Below, in pieces: positions 63,276 through 64,000 of a stretch of 64,000 bases of DNA. The position numbers and the translations under genes were made by a program. Below the pieces are notes generated by a model. The model made no database searches and was not told the DNA's origin. It saw only the letters and a list, made by a program, of their open reading frames with translations. How positions within the stretch are numbered: the stretch's first letter is position 1; the number at the start of each line of letters is the position of its first letter. Source of the stretch: Aplysia californica (Eukaryota); contig NW_004797760.1 in the NCBI RefSeq assembly GCF_000002075.1, positions 401,993 through 465,992 on the forward strand, written 5' to 3'.

Positions 63276-64000
63276 TGTGTTCAAGTCTTGTTTTGTTTTG
63301 TTTTCAAAACACCGGTAGACAGGCAAACAGCTGTCTCGCTCAATCAAGGCAGTGCAGTGTAGTTGATTCGGCACAATCGTAAGCAAACCACAACACACTC
63401 TTGTCAGTTCCGTGCACTCTGTGGTACAAGAGTTATCTATCTTTAAGAACAAGAAAGCTCTTTGGCTAGTGAAAGTGAAAGCAGAAATATTGGTTCGGAA
63501 AGTTATTATATTATTTCATATAATTCTATTTTATTTTCAAAATTAAACAAGTATTTTTTAAAATTATAAATTAAATCCACTCTTTTTCTTGATTTTTAAG
63601 GATTTTTTTGGTGAAATATCATTATTTTTAGTCAATGTGAAATGTATTTCTAGATCGATTTGAAACTGCGTCGAATCCGGCTTTTTTGTTTTCACATTGC
63701 CCTTTCACCTTTTGTTTCTGTTTGACAACACAACACGTCAAAGCCGCTGTCACGGTCCAACCAAAATAACGTGTGCTGTAGAGAAGCAACAGTACATTGA
63801 CAAGAGAAGTGGACCCTGCAATTGAATCAAAATATTATGCTATTCAGGCACAGTTTAAGAATGTGAAACAATTTTCATGATGATGATGTACACACAATTT
63901 TAATTTTCTCAAAACAGACCCAGTGACCACGTAACGGATGCAATGAAACTTGCAAGTGACTACTACACTTAAAATCTAGACCTAGACTTAGACTACAATC

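Overview
Eukaryotic, intron-rich, AT-rich scaffold with six N-gaps. The repeat content suggests a mollusc, probably a gastropod (inference). Four host genes can be assembled by hand. (1) A carbohydrate sulfotransferase (CHST11-like, Sulfotransfer_2) on -, with its large catalytic exon at 5926-7044. (2) Prefoldin 4 (PFDN4) on -, 4 exons, whose last intron is a U12-type AT-AC intron. (3) Mitochondrial cysteine desulfurase NFS1 on +, 13 exons, head-to-head with PFDN4. (4) TMEM208/SND2 on -, 6 exons. TMEM208 intron 3 carries a very young 5.2-kb Ty3/Gypsy retrotransposon with identical 222-bp LTRs, a 5-bp TSD and a single gag-pol ORF. This element is the most unusual object in the window. It has TA...TA termini instead of TG...CA. 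It has no tRNA-type PBS; instead an 11-nt site at the LTR/leader junction is perfectly complementary to its own LTR, the geometry of Tf1-style self-priming, in an element with no chromodomain. Its integrase also has a clean in-frame deletion of the CxxC and first catalytic Asp. The rest of the window is a decayed HERO-like RLE non-LTR element, CR1/L2 and RTE fragments, several SINE families (three share one 3' tail, and two of those lack a tRNA head), MITEs and tandem repeats. Family assignments come from motif recognition, not database searches.
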